Of a stretch of DNA of 27,630 bases, positions 1 to 7,777 are shown in pieces. The DNA lies in the NCBI GenBank assembly GCA_963977445.1, contig CAXBPH010000075.1, positions 1 through 27,630 of the forward strand, read 5' to 3'. The position numbers were made by a program, and so were the translations under genes. The notes below the pieces were generated by a model. That model was not told where the DNA came from, did no database searches, and worked only from the letters and a program-made list of their open reading frames with translations. The DNA is from an uncultured bacterium (GTDB taxonomy: Bacteria > Hydrogenedentota > Hydrogenedentia > Hydrogenedentales > JAEUWI01). The stretch's first letter is position 1, and each line of letters opens with the position of its first letter.

Positions 1-1
1 G

Positions 2-112
2 GTGGTAACGTGGAAGGGAAACGCCGATGTGTCGGCTCTCGCGGGCAAGTCGCTCCGTCTCCAATTTGAACTGCACGACGGGGACCTCTATTCCTACATG
101 TTTGCTCGCTAA
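2..112 (+). CDS. 3' end of a hypothetical protein (partial, truncated by window start)
   Basis: Manual translation from nt 2 gives VVTWKGNADVSALAGKSLRLQFELHDGDLYSYMFAR, with TAA at 110-112. It resembles the conserved C-terminus (V.W....D.S.L.GK..RL.F......LYS..F) of propeller/glycosidase-like hypothetical proteins common in PVC-type genomes. Confidence 0.75.
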   Translation: MVTWKGNADVSALAGKSLRLQFELHDGDLYSYMFAR

Positions 113-264
113 CCGAATGGATTGACTCCCAAGAAGGTTCCTGGCCGTTTTCTCCGCACCAATAGTTATTGCCCCCTTGCAGGACAGGTTCCCCCGGCGG
201 ATTCTCCGTGCTAGAATGGGCACCTTGTGCAACGGGTGTAGCAGATTTTGTGAAGGGGCGATTT

Positions 265-1692
265 ATGTTGAAAATGGTCGGACTGCTTTGTGGGGTCTTG
301 GCGCTGGGTGCCGGTTGGGTTGACCGTGTTTCTGCGGAAGTTGGCCCCAAGCCGATTCTGAATATCACGCCCCAGCTTTATGTATTGGAGCCGGGGACGT
401 GCCCGGATGACATCGAAGCGGTATCCGCTTCCGATAGGGCCGCGCAGTTTAAACAGGTCGGTTCTCCCGATGTCCATTTTGGGTATACCAAAGATGCCTA
501 TTGGTTTCGTCTGGAAATGGGCGGACTCGAAAGCACCGAAGCCCTGACGCTGGAACTGAACAACCCACAGCTACTCTCGGTGACCTTGTATACCCCCAGC
601 CCATCCGGTGGCTACCATGGGGAGTCCGTGGGGGTGACCAAGCCTTTCTGGGAACGTCCGCTCGTCACGCTTGCCCCCTCATTTCCTGTGGAGATGGTCG
701 GGGCCGAGGGGGCGGAAGTCTACCTGCGTATTCAACACTATGGGGCGTTGCGTTTTCGTGCCTACCTGGGCCCGGCAGATGCAATGCGCGAGCAGGCGAT
801 TACCTGGATTGCCCTGAACATACTCCTGGCAGGATCGTTGCTCGGACTCACGATTTACCACGGATGTATCTTTGTGGGACTCCGTCAGGAAGTCTATCTC
901 TGGCTATCCCTCTTCCTCTTTTCAATCACCCTGAATCAAATGACCTTTTCAGGAACGGCAAACATGCTGTTGTGGAATGAGCCCAGTGTGTGGGCCAACC
1001 ACGCCCTGACGTTGACGGGAATTTTCTGTCTGGCCATGGGTATGTGCTTTTCCATGTGTTATCTCCGCAGTTGGAAATTTGCGCCTGGGACGTCCCGGCT
1101 GGCCACGGGCGTGATTGCCCTTGGCACTATCGCAGGACTGCTTTCATTCGCCGGATACCCTGCTGTCCTCTATGGCGTGTTGGCCTACGTGGTCATTGCA
1201 CCGGTTCTGCTGGTGGTGATGGCGGTGCATTCTGTCCGTCGTGGCACCGTGGGTGTCTATCTCTTCCTCTTATCCTGGGGCTTCGTTATGGTGGGGGAGA
1301 TAGTCTTCGCCAGCGTATACCTCGATATCGTGCCCGACAACGCATTCACGATGAATTTCATGCATGTAGCCTCCCTGGCGGCGGCCCTGATTTGGTCTTT
1401 TTCTCTGACGCGACAGATTCGCATCCGCGCGGCGCAGCAACGTGCCCAGCTAGAGCGAGAAGTGGGCGAGCGGACTGCCGACTTGGAGCGCGCCCTGAAG
1501 GATGTAAAAACTTTGCAGGGATTCTTGCCTGTATGCAGTAATTGCAAGATGATACGGGATGATGACGGTGCCTGGCATTCTATGGAGTCCTATGTAATGG
1601 CCAACACCGAAGCAAGTTTCAGCCACGGCATATGTCCCGGATGTGCCACCGAACTCTATCCAAAATACTTTCCGCCAGAGGGTAAGCAATGA
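265..1692 (+). CDS. 7TMR-DISM membrane receptor (DISMED2 extracellular domain + 7TM) with C-terminal Cys/His putative Zn-binding module
   Basis: ATG at 265 follows GAAGGGG, then a signal-peptide-like segment. 'HFGYTKDAYWFRL..LELNNPQL..VTLY' is typical of 7TMR-DISMED2. About seven hydrophobic helices follow, then a coiled coil 'LEREVGERTADLERAL' and the tail 'LPVCSNCKMIRDDDGAW..SFSHGICPGC'. Confidence 0.85.
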   Translation: MLKMVGLLCGVLALGAGWVDRVSAEVGPKPILNITPQLYVLEPGTCPDDIEAVSASDRAAQFKQVGSPDVHFGYTKDAYWFRLEMGGLESTEALTLELNNPQLLSVTLYTPSPSGGYHGESVGVTKPFWERPLVTLAPSFPVEMVGAEGAEVYLRIQHYGALRFRAYLGPADAMREQAITWIALNILLAGSLLGLTIYHGCIFVGLRQEVYLWLSLFLFSITLNQMTFSGTANMLLWNEPSVWANHALTLTGIFCLAMGMCFSMCYLRSWKFAPGTSRLATGVIALGTIAGLLSFAGYPAVLYGVLAYVVIAPVLLVVMAVHSVRRGTVGVYLFLLSWGFVMVGEIVFASVYLDIVPDNAFTMNFMHVASLAAALIWSFSLTRQIRIRAAQQRAQLEREVGERTADLERALKDVKTLQGFLPVCSNCKMIRDDDGAWHSMESYVMANTEASFSHGICPGCATELYPKYFPPEGKQ

Positions 1693-3698
1693 ACGCCCCG
1701 AGTTGGTGCGACGATCCTCGAATCCGTGCGCTATTTTTTGCCCGTGGCGTATGCCTCTGCGGACTCCTGATAGCCTCGATGGGACTTCCTGCTGGTGCCG
1801 GCGAGTCCCAAACGCTCCAAGTGGATGAAGTGCATCTTCGTCTGGGGGATACCGAAGAATGGCGCGATTTTTCTGCCGTCCCCGCGAAGCCGTCCCTTTC
1901 GCTCTCCTTCGAGTCCTCTCGGAACGCGGAAGCGTGGACCCTGGCGGTGCAACAGTGGGAGGTGAAGGAGAAGTGGGTACTTGGACTCAATGGGAAGAAG
2001 TTGGGCCAACTGCGGCAGGATGAGAATAATCTGATTCAGTATGTTGAAGTGCCCGCCGGAATCCTTATGGAAGGTGCCAACACGCTGACCTTTGAGCCAG
2101 ACCCTGCCGCACGGGGAAAGGTCGATGATATTGGTATCGGCCAGGTAGTGCTTCATCAGGAGCCGCCACCGCGCTGGCTGGGGGAGGGGGCCATGGCCGT
2201 CACGGTCCAGGAAGATGGACATCCCGTACCCTGTCTAATCACTATCGTCGATGCCCATAGTGCGCTGGCGGCATTGGGCACGACCACGGGTTCCGGGCTG
2301 GCCGTGCGACCGGGGGTGGTCTACGCGGCGACCGGGGAGGCCCGGATAAGCCTGCCCGCAGGAGACTACACCGTTTACGCGGGGCGGGGCTTCGAATACT
2401 CGCTGGATCGCGTTACGGTCTCGGTAGGTGCCGGAAAAATGGCCAGTGTGGACCTCTCGATTCAGCGGGAGGTACCCACCGAGGGCTATGTGGCCTGTGA
2501 TCCCCACATCCATACCGTGACCCACTCCGGCCATGGAGACTGCACCGTGGAAGAGCGCATGGTGACCCTCGCGGGCGAGGGGATCGAGTTGCCCATCGCG
2601 ACGGACCACAACGTTCATATCGACTACGAAGCGACGGCGCGTGCTATGGGGGTGCGGCCTTATTTTACACCCGTCATCGGGAATGAAGTGACCACTTCCC
2701 TGGGCCATTTCAACGTTTTTCCCGTGAAGGCAGATGCCCCGTTGCCTGATGCCAACGCCACGTCGTGGGATGATCTTTTCGCGTCCATCAAAGGCACTCC
2801 CAATGTGCGCGCTATCATTCTGAACCATGCGCGGGACCTCCACGCGGGTATGCGCCCCTTTGGCCCGGAGCACTACGACGACGTAACGGGGGCCAACACC
2901 GACGGATGGGACCTGCAGGCCAATGCCATGGAGATTATCAACTCCGGGGCAACCCAGTCGGACCTCCTGGAACTGACCCGGGACTGGATGACCCAGCTCA
3001 ACCATGGCGTCTACATGACGCCGGTGGGCAGTAGCGATTCTCACGATGTGAATCGCTTTATCGTCGGACAGGGGCGTACCTACGTTCGTTGCGCCGATGA
3101 TGAACCCGGCAACATCAATATCGACGAAGCGGTGAAGGCCTTTGTTGCGGGCAACGTGCTGGTCAGCTATGGGCTCGTCGTGGAAATGTCGGTGAACGAG
3201 CGCTACCGTTCCGGTGAGCTCGCGGCGATGGAGGCGGGTGCCACTTCGGTGGAAGTGGCCCTTCGGGTATTGGGCCCCCATTGGGTGGAGGCGTCTGAGA
3301 TCCAGTTGTACGCCAATGGGGCGCGGATACGTGAATTGAAGATTTCACGGGAGCAGGCATCGCCCGTGGGTGTTATCTGGACCGGACGCTGGACCATTGA
3401 CGTTCCGAAGCACGATGTCCACCTCGTGGCGATCGCGACAGGCCCTGGAATCGATGCCCCCTATTGGAAGATGGCACGGCCCTACCAGCCGACCTCACCG
3501 GAGTATTCTTCCCAGGTATTCGGGTGTAGCGGGGCCGTCTGGGTGGATGGAGATGGCGACGGAAAGCGCAGCAGTGCTCGGGACTATGCAGAGCGCCTGG
3601 TGAAAACAGGTAGTATCGATTTGGAAAACCTGGAGCAGCTACGTTCAGCGTACGATGCGGCCGTGGCCATACAAGCCCGTTATTTGCTCTCCCGTTGA
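1689..3698 (+). CDS. Secreted CehA/McbA-family (PHP-domain) metallohydrolase
   Basis: Metal-ligand motifs DPHIHT, TDHN, GNEVT..GHFN, NHAR and GSSDSH. An upstream 'Y.VYAGRGFEY' carboxypeptidase-regulatory-like segment and an N-terminal hydrophobic signal are present. The start overlaps the upstream stop (ATGA 1689-1692). Confidence 0.85.
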   Translation: MNAPSWCDDPRIRALFFARGVCLCGLLIASMGLPAGAGESQTLQVDEVHLRLGDTEEWRDFSAVPAKPSLSLSFESSRNAEAWTLAVQQWEVKEKWVLGLNGKKLGQLRQDENNLIQYVEVPAGILMEGANTLTFEPDPAARGKVDDIGIGQVVLHQEPPPRWLGEGAMAVTVQEDGHPVPCLITIVDAHSALAALGTTTGSGLAVRPGVVYAATGEARISLPAGDYTVYAGRGFEYSLDRVTVSVGAGKMASVDLSIQREVPTEGYVACDPHIHTVTHSGHGDCTVEERMVTLAGEGIELPIATDHNVHIDYEATARAMGVRPYFTPVIGNEVTTSLGHFNVFPVKADAPLPDANATSWDDLFASIKGTPNVRAIILNHARDLHAGMRPFGPEHYDDVTGANTDGWDLQANAMEIINSGATQSDLLELTRDWMTQLNHGVYMTPVGSSDSHDVNRFIVGQGRTYVRCADDEPGNINIDEAVKAFVAGNVLVSYGLVVEMSVNERYRSGELAAMEAGATSVEVALRVLGPHWVEASEIQLYANGARIRELKISREQASPVGVIWTGRWTIDVPKHDVHLVAIATGPGIDAPYWKMARPYQPTSPEYSSQVFGCSGAVWVDGDGDGKRSSARDYAERLVKTGSIDLENLEQLRSAYDAAVAIQARYLLSR

Positions 3699-3722
3699 GC
3701 GTTATCCATTGGGGGGGCGCGA

Positions 3723-4487
3723 TTACTCCGATGGCGTTGGAGGCACGGCCGCGTTTTCAGCCGCATACATGGCTTTTATTTCGCCAATTTTTTCAATCAC
3801 GGCCGGGGTCATGGGAAAGCTATCCCCGTAGCGTATAAAGCGGACGCGACTGTCAAAGTTTAACAGCGAGCCCTTTTCGTGTTTGTGTCGAAAGTGCAGA
3901 CCCGTCGCGGTGTAGTCGGGCAATTCAAAGAGGACGGGCATGCCGTAGGGCGCATCGCCATGGGCCGTAGGGTAATCCACCCGGAGCCGAAGAAAGACAT
4001 CGCCGCCGAAGGAGCCCTTGCCTGCGGGGGCTGGCAAATCTTCATCGAAATTGGCACCCGTCTTGATAAATCCCGGATAGGCATCAAGAAAGGCCATCAT
4101 TGCTTCTTCGTTTTGGAGGGCATAGCCGAAATAGGCGTAGGTAGGGGCGGCAAACTGGGCTTCCATCGATGGGGGAGGCGATCCCGGGCTTCCTGCCAGA
4201 CAGGTCAGTTCCGCCGACTCGTCTTCGGGAAACAGGGAGCGCACACTTTCGAGATCGGGGAAGAAATTTCCGGGGGTAGTGCTCATGGGGGGATAGAGTC
4301 CATCAGCATTTCCATCGCGGTAGGCGCTGAAGGCAGGTTGCCAGGCGTAGCGAAGGGTCTGGCTGCACTGGACGGGAAGGGTGGTAATCACAACAAACCA
4401 GACTCCAGCCAGCCCGATGAGCAGGGTTAAGATAAGGGCACCCGCGATAAACAGATTGCGACGGGATTTTGATGGGGTTGAACTCAT
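3723..4487 (-). CDS. Membrane-anchored hypothetical protein, degenerate DUF1559/H-X9-DG-like
   Basis: N-terminal basic patch plus one TM helix. 'QCSQTLR..AFSAY....DGLYPP' and C-terminal 'RHKHEKGSLLNFDSRVRFIRY..FPM' echo the C..NL/Y/YPP and H..G.N.L..DG.V motifs of DUF1559-type proteins. GGAG RBS upstream. Confidence 0.6.
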   Translation of the reverse strand: MSSTPSKSRRNLFIAGALILTLLIGLAGVWFVVITTLPVQCSQTLRYAWQPAFSAYRDGNADGLYPPMSTTPGNFFPDLESVRSLFPEDESAELTCLAGSPGSPPPSMEAQFAAPTYAYFGYALQNEEAMMAFLDAYPGFIKTGANFDEDLPAPAGKGSFGGDVFLRLRVDYPTAHGDAPYGMPVLFELPDYTATGLHFRHKHEKGSLLNFDSRVRFIRYGDSFPMTPAVIEKIGEIKAMYAAENAAVPPTPSE

Positions 4488-4557
4488 GGTACTACTCCGG
4501 TAACGGTTTGAAACTCTCTATTTAAAACTTAGTCTACTCAACATTGATAGTTTTACT

Positions 4558-5709
4558 TCATTCGTCGAAGGTGATCGTGAAATGGTCACTGCTATTTGTA
4601 GTTCCAGATTCTATCGTCTCTTCATAGGAGAAGGAGGATACATCGGGGGGATGTAGCACCGTGGCGAGCCATGGAACCTTTACGAGGGGTACGATACCCT
4701 TTTCGAAAGGTGGAGGGAGAAAATACTCGGCGGGGATGACGGTATTGCCGGCCTTATCCATGTACCCACAGGTGTTCGGCGTGTCGCCTTGCCAAAAGGC
4801 CGCTCTGCCCTCATAGAAGGGCTCAACCTGTTCCGCGTCCGGCGTGAGTACGGTTTTCCCCGCGCGGTCTACGAAAATATAGGTCGGTGCCTCTGTTCGC
4901 CAGACCAGGGCCATCCCATCATGGAGGGAGCTTTTCATGCGTTGCACCTTGTCGAGGCTAACAACGAATTTCCCCGTGTGGTCGATGAACCCGGCCACTT
5001 TTGCCGTGTAATCGGGATTGTTAATCTGAGCGGCGGCAAGGCCGTCCACAAACTCGAAAATCTCATCAAACTTCGGCTCAATCTGCCAGGCGCCCGTGCG
5101 GTCGATGGTCCCATAGCGGGACTTCCCCTCATCGGTTTCCACGGCCACCACGGCGATGCCATCAGAGAAGGGCAAGGCCCTGACGAAGGGCCCCGGAATG
5201 ACGGTGTTGCCGTCCAAATCAATATAGCGAAATGAAAAGCTCATCGACGAGCTCACATGGACGGGGGAGAAGGTCCCCACCGCTGCCAGCCCGTCATAAA
5301 AGGGCAGGGGGATTTGGAAATCATTGGGTGGTGCCAACAAGAGCGCTCCGCTGTGGTCAAAATAGTACGTGCCCGTCGATGTCTGAACCGGAAAGTGCGA
5401 CGGCATTCCAATATGAACGGCATACATGGTGGCAAGAGCAGTTCTAAGTTGATAGATGTCGTTGTAGGCACCGTAGACGCCAACCGTATCAATTCGATCC
5501 TGGAGCCAGCGGTCATCGGCTTGCCAAACCAGCGTATCCGCGATTTTCAGGACCCAATCAAGCTCGGCTTCGGGCACGATGTTTCCATCCAAATCCAAGA
5601 CCACAAAGGCGTTGCGTTCCAGGTTTTTGTAGGTATAGCCCAGCCAGCCGGCCACCGAGAGCAGGGTGAGAAGGATCGTGATGGGTAGGATGAATTTTTG
5701 GATTCGCAT
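4558..5709 (-). CDS. WG-repeat (WG_beta_rep/KWG-type) membrane-anchored protein
   Basis: Repeated units such as FYDGLAAV..YIDLDGNTVI, FSDGIAVV..YGTIDRTG, FVDGLAAA..GFIDHTG and FYEGRAAF..GYMDKAG, plus an N-terminal TM/signal anchor. Confidence 0.85.
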   Translation of the reverse strand: MRIQKFILPITILLTLLSVAGWLGYTYKNLERNAFVVLDLDGNIVPEAELDWVLKIADTLVWQADDRWLQDRIDTVGVYGAYNDIYQLRTALATMYAVHIGMPSHFPVQTSTGTYYFDHSGALLLAPPNDFQIPLPFYDGLAAVGTFSPVHVSSSMSFSFRYIDLDGNTVIPGPFVRALPFSDGIAVVAVETDEGKSRYGTIDRTGAWQIEPKFDEIFEFVDGLAAAQINNPDYTAKVAGFIDHTGKFVVSLDKVQRMKSSLHDGMALVWRTEAPTYIFVDRAGKTVLTPDAEQVEPFYEGRAAFWQGDTPNTCGYMDKAGNTVIPAEYFLPPPFEKGIVPLVKVPWLATVLHPPDVSSFSYEETIESGTTNSSDHFTITFDE

Positions 5710-5830
5710 GATTGCCGTTTGCCCCTCGGATTGATGATTAATGTCAGTGCAGACAGTGTAACAAGAGCTCGACTCTATAAGCTATGACGAGTGCCGACGC
5801 GAGACCGGCCCTCGGGGCGTTTTTTGCCGT

Positions 5831-6370
5831 TCGAGCGCATTCGCGAAGCAAAGAAGACGTCTGGGTGGCACGGACAAGTCTGCAAGACTTGCCCGTGGAG
5901 TCAGCACAGATGACGACGTGGTCTTAGTCAGATTTGCTACCCACACGGGCAAGCCCTCCGGGGCTTGTCCGTGCCACCCCGTCGTATTTCTTTACGAGTA
6001 GATTCACGCATGACAGGACCTATTCATGACGCGGGCCAAGGTAAGTTTAGTAACTCTTCGCGGTTCGCCCTGTTTGAGCCCAAGCAGTCGCCTGGGTGGC
6101 ACGGACAAGTCTGCAAGACTTGCCCGTGGAGTCAGCACAGATGACGACGTGGTCTTAGTCAGCTTTGGTAATTACACGGACAAGCCCTCTGGGGCTTGTC
6201 CGTGCCACCCCATCGTGTTTCTTTACACGTAGATTCACACGGGACAGGACGTATTCATATCTCTTCCAAGGTAAGCGTGGTTTCTCCACGAGGTCGAGAG
6301 CCCGTTTGAAGCGAAACAGTCGTCTGGGTGGCACGGACAAGTCTGCAAGACGTGCCCGTGGAGTCAACAC
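5831..6370. repeat. Tandem array of REP doublets (REPIN/BIME-like), ~2.3 units with 231-232-bp period
   Basis: GGGTGGCACGGACAAGTCTGCAAGAC starts at 5863, 6094 and 6326. Its inverted partner CTTGTCCGTGCCACCC ends at 5979 and 6210. Inner spacers are nearly identical, and linkers between units are recognisably homologous. Confidence 0.9.
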
Positions 6371-6468
6371 CGTGCTCTACAAGGCTTGCATATCGCCGAT
6401 GATCTGGGTAACGTAACGAGAGTCAATCTTCTCTCTACCGACCATCCCAATCATCGGAGTTTTTATCT

Positions 6469-7530
6469 ATGAACCGACGCGATTTTCTCGGCAGCACCGC
6501 AGGCCTGCTGGCGGCCACCCAACTCCAGGCCGTTGGCCAGACGTCTCCCAAAGAAAAAATACCTGCCGCCGTGTTGGGCCTCGGCCATGCCCATGGTTTC
6601 GGTATTGTCAGTGTGCTCAGGTCCTCCCCCGATTTTGAACTGGTGGGGGTGTGTGAACCCGACGCTGCCCTGCGAAAAACCTATGAAAGTCACAAATCCG
6701 TCGCGGATGTCACCTGGTTGAGCCAGGAGGAGGTCCTTTCCAATCCCGCTATCAAGATGGTGGCGGTGGAAAGCGATGTGCCCCGTTTGCTCGAACTGGG
6801 CCAGTCCGTCGTCGCAGCGGGAAAACATCTCCACCTCGACAAACCGGCCGGGACGGATCTGCCGAAGTTTCGCACCCTGCTGGACACGGCGAAACAGAAC
6901 GACGTCTATGTCCAGATGGGCTATATGTATCGTTACAACCCGGGCTTCGACTTTATCCGAAAAATGAATGCCGAAGGGGCGCTGGGGGATGTCTTCAGTA
7001 TTCATGGCACCATGTGCACCGATCTCTCGTTGGAAAATCGGAAGAAGATTGGCTTCCACAAGGGCGGTGCCATGCTGGAGCTGGGGTGTCACCTTATCGA
7101 TATGATTGTGCTGTTACTGGGTGAGCCCGACAAGGTTACGAGCTTCCTCCGACACGACAACGCCATCGACGACGGCCTCAGCGACAACACCCTCGCGGTC
7201 CTGGAGTATGACAAGGCCCTGGTGACCGTCGACATTTCCGTGAAGGAACCCAATTCCGGGGTGGGTCGTCGCTTTAAGATTACGGGGACGAACGGTGCCA
7301 TAACGCTATTGCCTCTGGAGCCACCGGCGGCCCAGCTTAGCCTTCGGGAGGCCCACGGCGACCATCCCAAGGGGATTTCCGACGTGGCCTTTCCCAATTT
7401 GCCCCGCCACATTGCCGACATGGTCGATCTCGCCGCAGCCATTCGGGGCGAATCAGCGTTTGTCTATTCCTATGACCACGACTACGCAGTGCAGCGGACC
7501 ATCCTCCGTGCCTGTGGGGAGCAGGTGTAG
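6469..7530 (+). CDS. Gfo/Idh/MocA family oxidoreductase with Tat signal
   Basis: MNRRDFL twin-arginine motif, Rossmann start 'AVLGLGHAHG', 'AAGKHLHLDKP', 'QMGYMYRYNP', 'GGAMLELGCHLID'. GGAG RBS. Confidence 0.9.
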   Translation: MNRRDFLGSTAGLLAATQLQAVGQTSPKEKIPAAVLGLGHAHGFGIVSVLRSSPDFELVGVCEPDAALRKTYESHKSVADVTWLSQEEVLSNPAIKMVAVESDVPRLLELGQSVVAAGKHLHLDKPAGTDLPKFRTLLDTAKQNDVYVQMGYMYRYNPGFDFIRKMNAEGALGDVFSIHGTMCTDLSLENRKKIGFHKGGAMLELGCHLIDMIVLLLGEPDKVTSFLRHDNAIDDGLSDNTLAVLEYDKALVTVDISVKEPNSGVGRRFKITGTNGAITLLPLEPPAAQLSLREAHGDHPKGISDVAFPNLPRHIADMVDLAAAIRGESAFVYSYDHDYAVQRTILRACGEQV

Positions 7531-7777
7531 TCAGGGGCCTGTAATAGGCCCTACCAGTCATGGCAATGACATCGGGTAGGACTTTTTCGGTTGCGACCTA
7601 TCCCCGTGCCTTGGCCTGGGCCCTTTGTCGCCAAAACAAGTGTGTGCCCTTGGAGAAATCAGCCCCGAGGGCGTATTTTTTGTAGAGGCTCTAATCGCTT
7701 GAGGTGGTCATCTTACAGGAAGGAAAACAGGAGCTTGCGCTATCGTCTCCCGACTTCTACAATAGCAGGGAGATTGA

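Noticed and set aside
2235..3281. 348-aa antisense ORF (and similar long antisense ORFs at 6463, 8192, 10276, 23254, 27071)
   Set aside because: Shadow frames of well-supported genes on the opposite strand in GC-rich DNA, with no recognisable motifs.
5863..6370. CRISPR array
   Set aside because: The period is 231-232 bp, repeats alternate in orientation, spacers are homologous rather than unique, and there are no cas genes.
6026..6416. Short ORFs (68-83 aa) over the repeat array
   Set aside because: They are translations of the palindromic repeats on both strands, with no protein-like features.
7535..7551. Terminator after the oxidoreductase gene (GGGCCT/AGGCCC)
   Set aside because: Short stem with no U-tract on the + strand.
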